Shown here: piece by piece, positions 1 through 7,826 of the stretch
Layout: each line of letters begins with the position of its first letter
Position numbering within the stretch: the first letter of the stretch is position 1
IMG/VR virus record: IMGVR_UViG_3300037458_001688
Location: 1 to 56,916 of that record
Source of the DNA: a virus
Taxonomy: Duplodnaviria > Caudoviricetes
Direction: 5' to 3' (one strand)
DNA length: 56,916 nt
Translations under genes and position numbers: made by a program
Notes under the pieces: model-generated
The model's input: only the letters and a program-made list of their open reading frames with translations
Told to the model about the DNA's origin: nothing
The model's database searches: none

Positions 1-91
1 ACACGTAGGGATACGGCCAGTCGCTCCTGCCGCGTGTATCCAACCGCACGTCGAGTGAACCACAGAACGGACACGCCTTGAGATCGCTCAC
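1..91 (-). CDS. Lar-family restriction alleviation-like protein, N-terminal fragment (runs off the window edge)
   Basis: Manual translation from GTG at 91: MSDLKACPFCGSLDVRL...; LKxCPFCG start is typical of Lar-family proteins; preceded by GGAGG. Confidence 0.55.
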   Translation of the reverse strand, partial: MSDLKACPFCGSLDVRLDTRGRSDWPYPYV

Positions 92-282
92 AGTTCCACC
101 TCCTCCAGCAGCATCCACAGTGATCGGTCCCACGCCCCTGGGCCGTCCTCGTGCTGCAACGTCATCGTCCGGTGCGCGTCGATGGCGTTCTCCAGCGCCG
201 CGACTCGGGCGCGGAGGCACTCCGGGCAGTTCTCCATCGGGTACACTACCAAATGCTCACATCGCGGTCTGTCGTCGCTCAA
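88..282 (-). CDS. small hypothetical protein (CxxC, LRARVAALE coiled coil)
   Basis: TTG start overlapping the upstream stop, with GGAGG RBS. Confidence 0.55.
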   Translation of the reverse strand: MSDDRPRCEHLVVYPMENCPECLRARVAALENAIDAHRTMTLQHEDGPGAWDRSLWMLLEEVEL

Positions 283-716
283 GGCTCCACCTCCCGTCTG
301 AGGAGGTGGCAGGCACGGTCGATGTCTCGCTTCCACACGTACTGCGCTGCTTGTACTGCGTCCAACGGAAGTATCATTTCTGCGAACGGCCTCAACCCCT
401 CCTCCAGCTCCGCGACGCGGGCGCGGAGGCGGTCGATCTCCTCCTCACGCTCGTTCCAGCGCTCCATCGACGCGATGTCCTCCTCGCCCATCGGCTCAAT
501 CACGCTGTCAATCCCACCCATCGCCGTCTCCTCCTCCCCGAACAGCCCGAGCTTGAGCTGCTCCGGCTCGACCCCTGCCTTCAGCCTGCACACGCGCCCC
601 ATGCCGTTCTGGACCGACGCCGAGGCTGACAGCCTCCGGTTGCACCGCCGGCACACCCGCGACGCCAGGGGACGCTCAACCCGTTCGACCCGGTCGACTA
701 CCACGTCCTCGCTCAT
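279..716 (-). CDS. DUF6011-like zinc-finger protein
   Basis: CRRCNRRLSASASVQNGMGRVC motif; ATGA coupling with the upstream gene. Confidence 0.6.
   Translation of the reverse strand: MSEDVVVDRVERVERPLASRVCRRCNRRLSASASVQNGMGRVCRLKAGVEPEQLKLGLFGEEETAMGGIDSVIEPMGEEDIASMERWNEREEEIDRLRARVAELEEGLRPFAEMILPLDAVQAAQYVWKRDIDRACHLLRREVEP
398..507. repeat. 110-bp exact repeat, copy 1 (copy 2 at 56807-56916)
   Basis: Identical sequence cctcctccagctccgcg...atcacgctg. Confidence 0.95.
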
Positions 717-1018
717 CGCAGCGTCGCCTCCACCTCGGTCCAGTCGCTCGGCCGCCACACCCGCGTCTCCTGCCCGCACGCCGCGAGCAGCTCGAGCCAC
801 GCGCGTTGCTCGTCGGTCAGCCTCCCCCGCTCCGCCTTGAGCTCCACGAACAGCAGCCGCGGGGGACGCCCGAGGACCAGGTCCGGGAAGCCGCGCGGTG
901 AGTGGTCGCTCCGCCTGGTGTGGTAGTGCATCCACCCCATGAGGCCCGCGTACTGCAGAACCGTGCCCTGCCACGCCTCTTCTGAAACGGACCCGTCCCG
1001 GAGCCTAGATCGAGCCAT
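713..1018 (-). CDS. VRR-NUC domain nuclease
   Basis: GFPDLVL...FVELKAERGRLTDEQRAWL, PD-(D/E)xK VRR-NUC signature. Confidence 0.85.
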   Translation of the reverse strand: MARSRLRDGSVSEEAWQGTVLQYAGLMGWMHYHTRRSDHSPRGFPDLVLGRPPRLLFVELKAERGRLTDEQRAWLELLAACGQETRVWRPSDWTEVEATLR

Positions 1019-1253
1019 CCCGTACCGCCTCGACGAGCTGCTGCGCGACCCGGCGATCGCATGCGAGCGTCCCCCACTTCACGACCTGGCCCTTCTGGAT
1101 CCGCGCGAGCTCGCGGTCCTTCCCGGCCTTCGTCTTCGCCCGCAGCACGTACCGTCGCGAACCGTCAGGCCAGGTGGATACTTCGACCGTCCCGAGACGC
1201 GGGATGTCGAGAAGCGCGTGGCAGCACTGCCCCGGTCCCACGGTAGTGGTCAC
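1005..1253 (-). CDS. hypothetical protein
   Basis: Translationally coupled ORF in the early operon. Confidence 0.5.
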   Translation of the reverse strand: MTTTVGPGQCCHALLDIPRLGTVEVSTWPDGSRRYVLRAKTKAGKDRELARIQKGQVVKWGTLACDRRVAQQLVEAVRDGSI

Positions 1254-1504
1254 CGCACCACAGCCCGCTGCGACCCCGCAGCGGTGCACGCGCAACCACC
1301 GATCTGCTCGACGTGGTCGCGGACCAGAGCCAACGGGCTCTTCTCGACATCAGGCGTTGCGGATCGGCTCTCCGCTGACGCCAACCGCCGCTCGAGGTCG
1401 GCGATCAGTGCGGTCTTCTGCCTCAGGGCGCGTGTCGCAGCCTCGATCAGGCGGTGAAGCACATCCACGTCCCTCACGGAGCGCCACCACTCAATCCCTG
1501 CCAT
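1250..1504 (-). CDS. hypothetical coiled-coil protein
   Basis: Coupled ORF with GGAGG RBS. Confidence 0.5.
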   Translation of the reverse strand: MAGIEWWRSVRDVDVLHRLIEAATRALRQKTALIADLERRLASAESRSATPDVEKSPLALVRDHVEQIGGCACTAAGSQRAVVR

Positions 1505-2852
1505 ACCACCCTCCATCGTCTTCTGGCTCCACACTGGAATCCCCGAGCGCCGTGGTGACCTCACTGAACCGCGTCGTCACCCCGTCAAACCGCAGCCGCA
1601 CGGTCACCCCTGCGGGACCCTGCCTGTTCTTCGCCACCCGCAGCTCGGCGGCGTTACCCTTCTCTGGTCGGTGAAGGAAAAGCACCACGTCCGCGTCTTG
1701 CTCCAGCCGCCCGGACTCGCGCAGGTGGTAGAGCTGGGGCCCGTGCTCCGCGTGGTCCGCCGCCCGGTTGAGTTGGGCGAGTGCCAGGACCGGCACTCCG
1801 AGTTCCTTCGCGAGATTCTTGAGGCCACGAGAGACCTCAGAGACCTCTTCCTCCCGGCTCCGACCTCTGGCCGTTGGAGCCACCAGGCCAAGGTAATCGA
1901 CCACAACCAGGTCGACACGCCCGCCGATCGCAAGCGACCGTGACCTGGCTGCGATCTCCGCCATCGTGAGCGAGCCTGAATCGTCGATGAGCAACCCCTT
2001 CGGCAGCCACTCGATCGCCGACTCGAGCCTGTCCCGGGCGTAGTCCGAGAGCCTCCCGTTGACCATGAGATGGCACGAGACCCCAGTCCTCCCTGCGAGC
2101 ACCCTCTGCACGAGCTGCTGCGCGCTCATCTCGAGCGAGAAGAAGAGCACCGTGGAACCGTCAGTGGCGGCCTGATCGGCCACTTGGAGGGCAAGCGCCG
2201 TCTTCCCGACGCTCGTGGTGGCACCGAGCAGGTAGAGCCCGCCGGCACGCATCCCGCCCAACACCCCGTCGAGCCCGACGATGCCGCTCGCCACACCGAC
2301 CGACGCCGCTCCCGACGCCGCGATCGTGGTCGCGACCTCCATGACGTCCCGCGCAACCTCCACCACCGCCTGCGGGCCGCCGCGCCCCGTCGTGGCCTGC
2401 CGCACGAGGTCTCCGACGGAGGCGTACACCCTGCCCAACGCAGCGTCGAGATCGGCTCCAGCAACACCACTCTCGGCAACATCCTGGGCGTCCTTGGCGA
2501 GCTGCTCGAGCCTCCTCCTCAGGGATTCGCAGCGTACAAGCCGCGCGTAGTGGCCCGCACTGGTGACGTCAGGGACCTGGTCGGTGAGCCGGCTCAGGTA
2601 TGACACCCCACCCACGGTCGTGAGCTGCCCCCAGCTTTCGAGCCTCGCCCCCACCGTGATCTCGTCGAGGGGTTCGCTCTGGCGCAGGAGGTCCTCGACA
2701 GCTTCCAGGATCAGCTCGTGAGCGTGGCACCGACAGTCGGACGGCCTCATGACCCGCAGAGCGTCCGCCGCGGCCACTGGGTCGACCACCGCGGCACCGA
2801 TGACCGCCAGCTCCGCCACGCTTGGCGAGCCGGTCTCGCGCTTCCTAGCCAC
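1491..2852 (-). CDS. dnaB: replicative DNA helicase, DnaB family
   Basis: Walker A GATTSVGKT, FSLEMS, VVVDYL, LAQLNR, LRESGRLEQDADVV, VAKNRQGP. Confidence 0.95.
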   Translation of the reverse strand: MARKRETGSPSVAELAVIGAAVVDPVAAADALRVMRPSDCRCHAHELILEAVEDLLRQSEPLDEITVGARLESWGQLTTVGGVSYLSRLTDQVPDVTSAGHYARLVRCESLRRRLEQLAKDAQDVAESGVAGADLDAALGRVYASVGDLVRQATTGRGGPQAVVEVARDVMEVATTIAASGAASVGVASGIVGLDGVLGGMRAGGLYLLGATTSVGKTALALQVADQAATDGSTVLFFSLEMSAQQLVQRVLAGRTGVSCHLMVNGRLSDYARDRLESAIEWLPKGLLIDDSGSLTMAEIAARSRSLAIGGRVDLVVVDYLGLVAPTARGRSREEEVSEVSRGLKNLAKELGVPVLALAQLNRAADHAEHGPQLYHLRESGRLEQDADVVLFLHRPEKGNAAELRVAKNRQGPAGVTVRLRFDGVTTRFSEVTTALGDSSVEPEDDGGWYGRD

Positions 2853-3807
2853 CGCGCACCGCCGGCCGGGTCCGCTTCTCGGCGTCCTCCCTCGCCCACT
2901 TCAGCTCGAGTGGCTCCGGTTTCGGTTGGACCTGCGGCTTCCCGTTTCCAGGCGACAGGGTGGGGCCCGGAGGAGGTGGGTCATCCGTCCACCGGGCCCC
3001 CCGTAGGTAGCTCGCCGGAAGCGGGAGAAATCGCTGCTCGAGGTGGGAGCGGGCCGCAATCCACACCGGCGTGAGAGCGATGCACTGCTCGCGCTGGTCG
3101 GGGCGCAGGCTCCGCCATGCCTTCTCGGCGTCGGCTCGTGCCTCGTGGCGTGGGTAGCTCTCGTACCAGGCCGCGAACTGGGCCATGATGGCCGGGTCCC
3201 CCTTCTGCGGTTTGACACGCACACCTCCGGCGTCAGCCGGAGCACCAGCAGCTACGAGGGTGGTGTCGCCGTCGGGTTTGGCCGGCAGCGGAGCGGTCGG
3301 AGGTGTGTGTTCTGTCCCTGTCACTGTCCCTGTCACTGTCCCTGTACTTCGAAGGGCCTTCGCAGGGCCTTCCGAGGCCCTTCGTTGGGGTGGAGCACTC
3401 CACTCCGGAGGCCCTTCGAGGCCCTCGTCGGCGAGCAGCTTCCGCGCGATCTTCAGCTTTCCCAGGCTGGCGACGTGGGACCAGACGTTGCGGAGGTGCT
3501 TCTGGTCCTTCTGCGGCTTGAAGCCGGGCTCGAACCGCATGGCGTGGACGAGCAGGATGTAGCCAGCCTCTCGGATCACCCAGCCGCTCGACTCCAGACC
3601 GGCCACCGCGGCCTCGAAGCTGATCTCGTCCATCCGCATGCGCTCGCGATGGAGCCCGGGGTAGAAGCGGAAAAGCCCCGTCGGACCGCACTCCGGCGCC
3701 AACCTGAGGAAGAACCAGACCCGCTGCTCGTCGGCGCTGAGCGCCTGAAAGTCGGGGTCGTCGAGGAGACGACAGTAGATCGCTCGGTGCTCGTCAGAGC
3801 GATTCAT
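2845..3807 (-). CDS. phage replication initiator / replisome organiser
   Basis: Immediately upstream of dnaB; N-terminal DPDFQALS helix region, internal repeats, C-terminal FAAWYESYPRHEARADAEKAW...PASYLRGARWTD. Confidence 0.75.
   Translation of the reverse strand: MNRSDEHRAIYCRLLDDPDFQALSADEQRVWFFLRLAPECGPTGLFRFYPGLHRERMRMDEISFEAAVAGLESSGWVIREAGYILLVHAMRFEPGFKPQKDQKHLRNVWSHVASLGKLKIARKLLADEGLEGPPEWSAPPQRRASEGPAKALRSTGTVTGTVTGTEHTPPTAPLPAKPDGDTTLVAAGAPADAGGVRVKPQKGDPAIMAQFAAWYESYPRHEARADAEKAWRSLRPDQREQCIALTPVWIAARSHLEQRFLPLPASYLRGARWTDDPPPPGPTLSPGNGKPQVQPKPEPLELKWAREDAEKRTRPAVRGG
3312..3430. repeat. repeat cluster within the initiator gene, candidate origin
   Basis: (ctgtccctgtca) about x3, then several gggccttc/ggcccttcg copies. 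Confidence 0.45.
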
Positions 3808-3811
3808 GTTT

Positions 3812-4546
3812 TCACCTTGCCGCCCGCTGGACGGCGCGGCGGGCAAGCTCACCGCAGAGCTTGACAGCGGCCGCCCTCGCCGCCCGCAGAGCCGCGGCGT
3901 GAGTCCTGGCGGACCCCTGGTTGCGCAGCTCGACCTGATGGTCACTGGTACGCGCCACCCACTCCCACCACGCCGGCCCAGCCGGCAGCTCGACCCCGAA
4001 CGTCTCCTCGAGCCGATCTACTACTGCGCGGTGGGGCACCAGCGTCACGTCGCACCTGCCGACCCGGATCGTGTAGGCCGCGGTGGGCGTCTCTGGTGGC
4101 CCATCCCGCCGCTGTCTGCGGATGGAGGGGGACCCGGGCCGGCGGCGGCTCGGCCCGGGTTGGTGAGCGAGACATGGAGCTTCAGGCGGGGTAACCGCCG
4201 CGTGGTCCGCCGACCCGAGGTCTTCGCCGGGGTGGGCTGGGTGACAATCTGGCGGGCCCGGGACGCCCGCCGTGTGAGTGAGTCCGTTCACGACGTCCTT
4301 CTGGGTGATCTCGGCGCTCCCGCGGCGCCGGAGGTTGATGACGCGGTACAGCTGGGTCCGGACGTTTCCCTTCCGGTCTCGCACGCGGAGCGGCGTCTCG
4401 AAGAGGTGGTAGACCGATCGCAGCAGCGAGTCAGCGAACCTCTCCCGCAGCCGCTGCACGAGGGCCACGTCGGACTCGGCCTGTACCTCGAAGCCGTAGC
4501 GCCCTTGTTGGGCCTGACGCCGGCTGAACGTCAGCTGGAACGTCAT
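3812..4546 (-). CDS. hypothetical protein
   Basis: ATG after GGAGG, coupled to the upstream gene. Confidence 0.55.
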   Translation of the reverse strand: MTFQLTFSRRQAQQGRYGFEVQAESDVALVQRLRERFADSLLRSVYHLFETPLRVRDRKGNVRTQLYRVINLRRRGSAEITQKDVVNGLTHTAGVPGPPDCHPAHPGEDLGSADHAAVTPPEAPCLAHQPGPSRRRPGSPSIRRQRRDGPPETPTAAYTIRVGRCDVTLVPHRAVVDRLEETFGVELPAGPAWWEWVARTSDHQVELRNQGSARTHAAALRAARAAAVKLCGELARRAVQRAAR

Positions 4547-5622
4547 CACCGTGACCTCCTGCTCGCGGCAAGCATGCCGGCGATCTCGTTGCGGGAGGCG
4601 CAGCCGTTCCTGAGCAACGCGGCGTAGTCCGACAGCGCCGCCTGCGCCGGGGAGAGCGTCGCCGACCAGCGCCCGGCCTCCCGGGTCTGGTCCACCCACA
4701 GCAACAGCAATGGGATGAACCCGACCCACAGCCGCATCTCCTGAATACACCCGATCACAACCGTGGCCACCCAGAGCGAGAGGTACAAGCCACCCAGCTC
4801 GGCGATCTCGCGGCGCTGCCGCTGGCACAGCGCCCACCCGACGAGCCAGGCGAACGCCACCGCCACCAGCGGCTCCGGAATCCTCCACTCGCAGAGCAGC
4901 TCCCACCCGCGGCTCAGGTTGTACGGCAGGCAGAAAGGGTAGCCCGGGACCTGCTCCCAACCCATCCCTGTCCCCACCTCACGCAGGGCCAGCCCTCGCG
5001 CCCACCACGCCCACCATGCCGCATACCCCGTCAGCGCCACGAAGAGGCCCGCAAGCTGCCATCGCCGACGAAACACATGCACCGCCACGAGCCAGAGACC
5101 CAGGATGAGCGCGATCTCCCGGTTGAAGACCGCGAGGAAGACCAACCCGATGAGCACACCCGGTGCTGCCTTCCGCGTCACCGCCAGCACGACACCTCCA
5201 AGGATGAGCAGGTCGATGAGGTCCCAGCTGAGAAACCAGCACCCACGGCACAGCGCCGCGAGCGCCAGCGCCGCCACGGCTGTCAAGGTGGCTGAGCGGC
5301 TGTTGACGCCACCGCAGGCCCACACGAGGCCCACGTAGAAGGCGCCGAGCAGGCCGACGACGAGCACCCCCCAGGCAATGGCGTGGGGCACGCCCGCAAG
5401 CATCGCGATGGCTTCGACCAGTAGGGGGCCCAGGAGCCGCGACTGATGCAGCACCGACACCGGCTCGAGCGCGACGATCTGCGCTTGATACCACGACGTC
5501 AACCCGAGCTGCGGCGCCAGCGCGTGGAGCGTCGCCGCGATCTGCGCCCCGGGGGCGAGGACCACCACCAGCACCGGCCACACGCGAGGCCAGGCGCCGC
5601 GGAGGCTGGCACGCACGCTCAT
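4546..5622 (-). CDS. multi-pass membrane protein, possibly GT-C/Gtr-like
   Basis: Many hydrophobic segments; WDLIDL, FNRE and QEMRLW loops. Confidence 0.6.
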   Translation of the reverse strand: MSVRASLRGAWPRVWPVLVVVLAPGAQIAATLHALAPQLGLTSWYQAQIVALEPVSVLHQSRLLGPLLVEAIAMLAGVPHAIAWGVLVVGLLGAFYVGLVWACGGVNSRSATLTAVAALALAALCRGCWFLSWDLIDLLILGGVVLAVTRKAAPGVLIGLVFLAVFNREIALILGLWLVAVHVFRRRWQLAGLFVALTGYAAWWAWWARGLALREVGTGMGWEQVPGYPFCLPYNLSRGWELLCEWRIPEPLVAVAFAWLVGWALCQRQRREIAELGGLYLSLWVATVVIGCIQEMRLWVGFIPLLLLWVDQTREAGRWSATLSPAQAALSDYAALLRNGCASRNEIAGMLAASRRSR

Positions 5623-5996
5623 GGCCGCACCGTCCGCTCCTCGATCGCCTCCTGGTACGCGTCCATGAGGGCGTCTCTCCCGTTGTGCGCCTGCAGCTTC
5701 GTGCCGTACTTTCGCTCCCCGGCCTCGACGCGGGCACGGATGTCCGCCAGGACCAGGGGCGCGATCTCCACGCCGCCGGGCTGCGGTGGGGGCTGCGGGG
5801 TGGCCGCCTCGATCCCCTGCGGCGATAGCGAGCGCGAGTAGTACGCCTCGAGCTCCCGCGCCAGCGCCAGCAGACAGCGGTCCTTCGCCATGCCGAGGGT
5901 CCCCTCCTCCGCGTCGTAGGGAAGGTGGTCGGTGCTGCGCACCACCAGCAACACGTACCTGAACCGATTGAGCGCGCTCTCCGCTGGGACTCCCAT
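5619..5996 (-). CDS. phage protein with a MazG/dNTP-pyrophosphatase-like motif, possibly truncated
   Basis: GERKYGTKLQAHNGRDALMDAYQEAI. Confidence 0.5.
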   Translation of the reverse strand: MGVPAESALNRFRYVLLVVRSTDHLPYDAEEGTLGMAKDRCLLALARELEAYYSRSLSPQGIEAATPQPPPQPGGVEIAPLVLADIRARVEAGERKYGTKLQAHNGRDALMDAYQEAIEERTVRP

Positions 5997-6238
5997 CAGC
6001 TCCTCCTCACGCCCACAGCGAGTCCGAGTGCCGCCTCCCACCACTCGAGGGCACCACGCACCCAGCTCTGGGGCACGCCGTAGTCCTCGGCCAGCGCCTC
6101 GACCGAGTCTCCCGCTCGGTGGCGGTTGGCCAGGATTGACACGCCGACGCCGGTGCCACGGATGTGAAAGGCCCCGAAGCAGACTCCAGGGTCCCTCGTC
6201 ACGCCCGGAAACGGCCCCGTGAAGGCAGGCTCGCTCAT
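5996..6238 (-). CDS. DUF433 domain protein
   Basis: TRDPGVCFGAFHIRGTGVGV...GDSVEALAEDYGV. Confidence 0.8.
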   Translation of the reverse strand: MSEPAFTGPFPGVTRDPGVCFGAFHIRGTGVGVSILANRHRAGDSVEALAEDYGVPQSWVRGALEWWEAALGLAVGVRRS

Positions 6239-6555
6239 CTCGCGTCGCTCCTCTCTGCCAGCGCGTCGCCCTGGCGCAGCCAGGCGGTGATGACGTACTC
6301 CCCGCCGACCGACACCTCGACCGGGATGCACCAGTCGTGGATCATCCGGTCGCGGGCGGGGCTCCAGCGGAACGGCTCCCCCGGCTTCACGTGGTGCCCG
6401 CAGATGCAGGGGCGGCGCGGGATCACCACCACGTCGCACTCCGGGGAGACCCACCAGTAGATGACCGCCAGCGCGCACGCTGCGAGGAGCAGGATGGCGG
6501 TGAGCATGAGGATCACTGGGAGCATGGGGGGCCTCCGGTCACGTCGACTGGTCAT
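6235..6555 (-). CDS. small membrane-anchored hypothetical protein
   Basis: N-terminal TM helix followed by CICGH and HDWC. Confidence 0.5.
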   Translation of the reverse strand: MTSRRDRRPPMLPVILMLTAILLLAACALAVIYWWVSPECDVVVIPRRPCICGHHVKPGEPFRWSPARDRMIHDWCIPVEVSVGGEYVITAWLRQGDALAERSDAR

Positions 6556-7675
6556 TCGGGGCCGCCACCGGGTCGCAGACCTTCCTCCACTCGCTCCAGA
6601 GGTCGCGCAGCAGCAGCTTGTCGAGGTACCGGTGCGCCCTCTTGGCGATGTGCCCGCACCCCATGTGGGCAGCCGTCAGCTTCTTGACGACCTCTGGCCT
6701 CGGGAGCCCCTTCGCCTCCCAGTTGTCGGCTGTGGACTTCACGGTCGTGGCGACCGTCAGCCCGCGGCGACCCGCCATTTCGATCTCGTACACCAGCCGC
6801 GCGTCGTAGACGTCCCTGTACGGCCCGTGGGATGCCTTGACGATGCCCTCGCCGAGCTTCCACGCGATGCACCGCCGCCCCGGCACGTACCCCATCGCCA
6901 ACACTTCCTCGAGCGTGCCAGGCATACGGCGCTGGATCTTCCCGTCGCGCATGCCGACGCCCATCCACGCCCAGAGCTTCGCCGGGCTGGCGAATCGCCC
7001 GAGGTCCCCAGCGGTGCCGATGACCTCCGCCAGGATCAGCGGACCGATCCCGCGCACGGACTTCGCCCACGGCCAGACCCGGAGCTTGCGAACCACCTTC
7101 TCCAGGTCGTGCTCCACCCCCTTTCGCAGGGGCTCGAGCGCGGCCCTAGCGGCGAGAAGTCCGGAGCAGGCCGGAAGCGCGAGGAGCATCTGCGGGTGGT
7201 CTCCACCCTTGACGATCGCGCTGTACAGCTTCGCCGCGTCCGTCTTCTCGCCGGCGCAGCACCGCCTGCAGATGGCCTTGACCTGGAGCGTGAGCTTCAC
7301 TTCGGCCCGGTGGAAGTCCTCGCGCAGGCGGTAAAGCTCCCGGATGTGGGCGACAACCGTGTATTGGGTGGCATAGTTTCCGTGGTCGCCCACACCCGGG
7401 GAAGGGGAGTCCGGAACCGAGGCAGAGCTGGAATGGGTGGCAGTTCTATCATGGCCTCGGCCCCGGGAGCTTGAGCGACGGAGCCCAACAGATCCACGGT
7501 GGGGGGCATGACCAGGTTGGTCGGGCTCCGTCTCGTTCGAATCGCCGTGGTCGGCACTGACCAATTGGGTGGCAACCGGAGACTGGCCTTCCACGGCAAA
7601 AGGTGAGCCGCTGTCGTCAGCCGACGCATGGGCAACATTGCACGGGTGGACTTCAGCGGCTGCAATCTTCGACAT
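6539..7675 (-). CDS. tasA: TIGR-associated Nop-domain protein without a nuclease domain (TasA type; IS110/Nop fold)
   Basis: ATG at 7675 with GGAGGT RBS; coiled coil, then SVRGIGPLILAEVIG...DLGRFASPAKLWAWMG and PYRDVYDAR...HIAKRAHRYLDKLLLRDLW; no RuvC DEDD or HNH domain; overlaps the guide array. Confidence 0.85.
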   Translation of the reverse strand: MSKIAAAEVHPCNVAHASADDSGSPFAVEGQSPVATQLVSADHGDSNETEPDQPGHAPHRGSVGLRRSSSRGRGHDRTATHSSSASVPDSPSPGVGDHGNYATQYTVVAHIRELYRLREDFHRAEVKLTLQVKAICRRCCAGEKTDAAKLYSAIVKGGDHPQMLLALPACSGLLAARAALEPLRKGVEHDLEKVVRKLRVWPWAKSVRGIGPLILAEVIGTAGDLGRFASPAKLWAWMGVGMRDGKIQRRMPGTLEEVLAMGYVPGRRCIAWKLGEGIVKASHGPYRDVYDARLVYEIEMAGRRGLTVATTVKSTADNWEAKGLPRPEVVKKLTAAHMGCGHIAKRAHRYLDKLLLRDLWSEWRKVCDPVAAPNDQST

Positions 7676-7818
7676 AGCTACCTCCTGAAAGGGGTCGGGC
7701 GGGGTGAAGGCAGGGGTTCCGTGGGTGACAGAAGTAAACTGGCCTCCACCCCGCCGAATGGACAGCGAGACCGGACAAAGTGCCGTCGGGTGACATGGAG
7801 CAGATGGGCCGGTCTCGC
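7345..7818 (-). ncRNA. TIGR array: 7 stem-loop dual-spacer guide units
   Basis: Units at 7765-7818, 7698-7755, 7606-7661, 7544-7597, 7477-7532, 7411-7466 and 7345-7394; each is stem-CCA-9 nt-loop (TGCCACCCA, TGTCACCCA and variants)-9 nt-TG-complementary stem. Confidence 0.9.
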
Positions 7819-7826
7819 CATTTCTC

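Noticed and set aside
4225-4265. Additional TIGR units at isolated loop-like 9-mers (tgggtgaca at ~4238 and ~24081; tgtcaccca at ~24169)
   Set aside because: They lack the CCA and TG boxes at 9-nt spacing and have no closing stem
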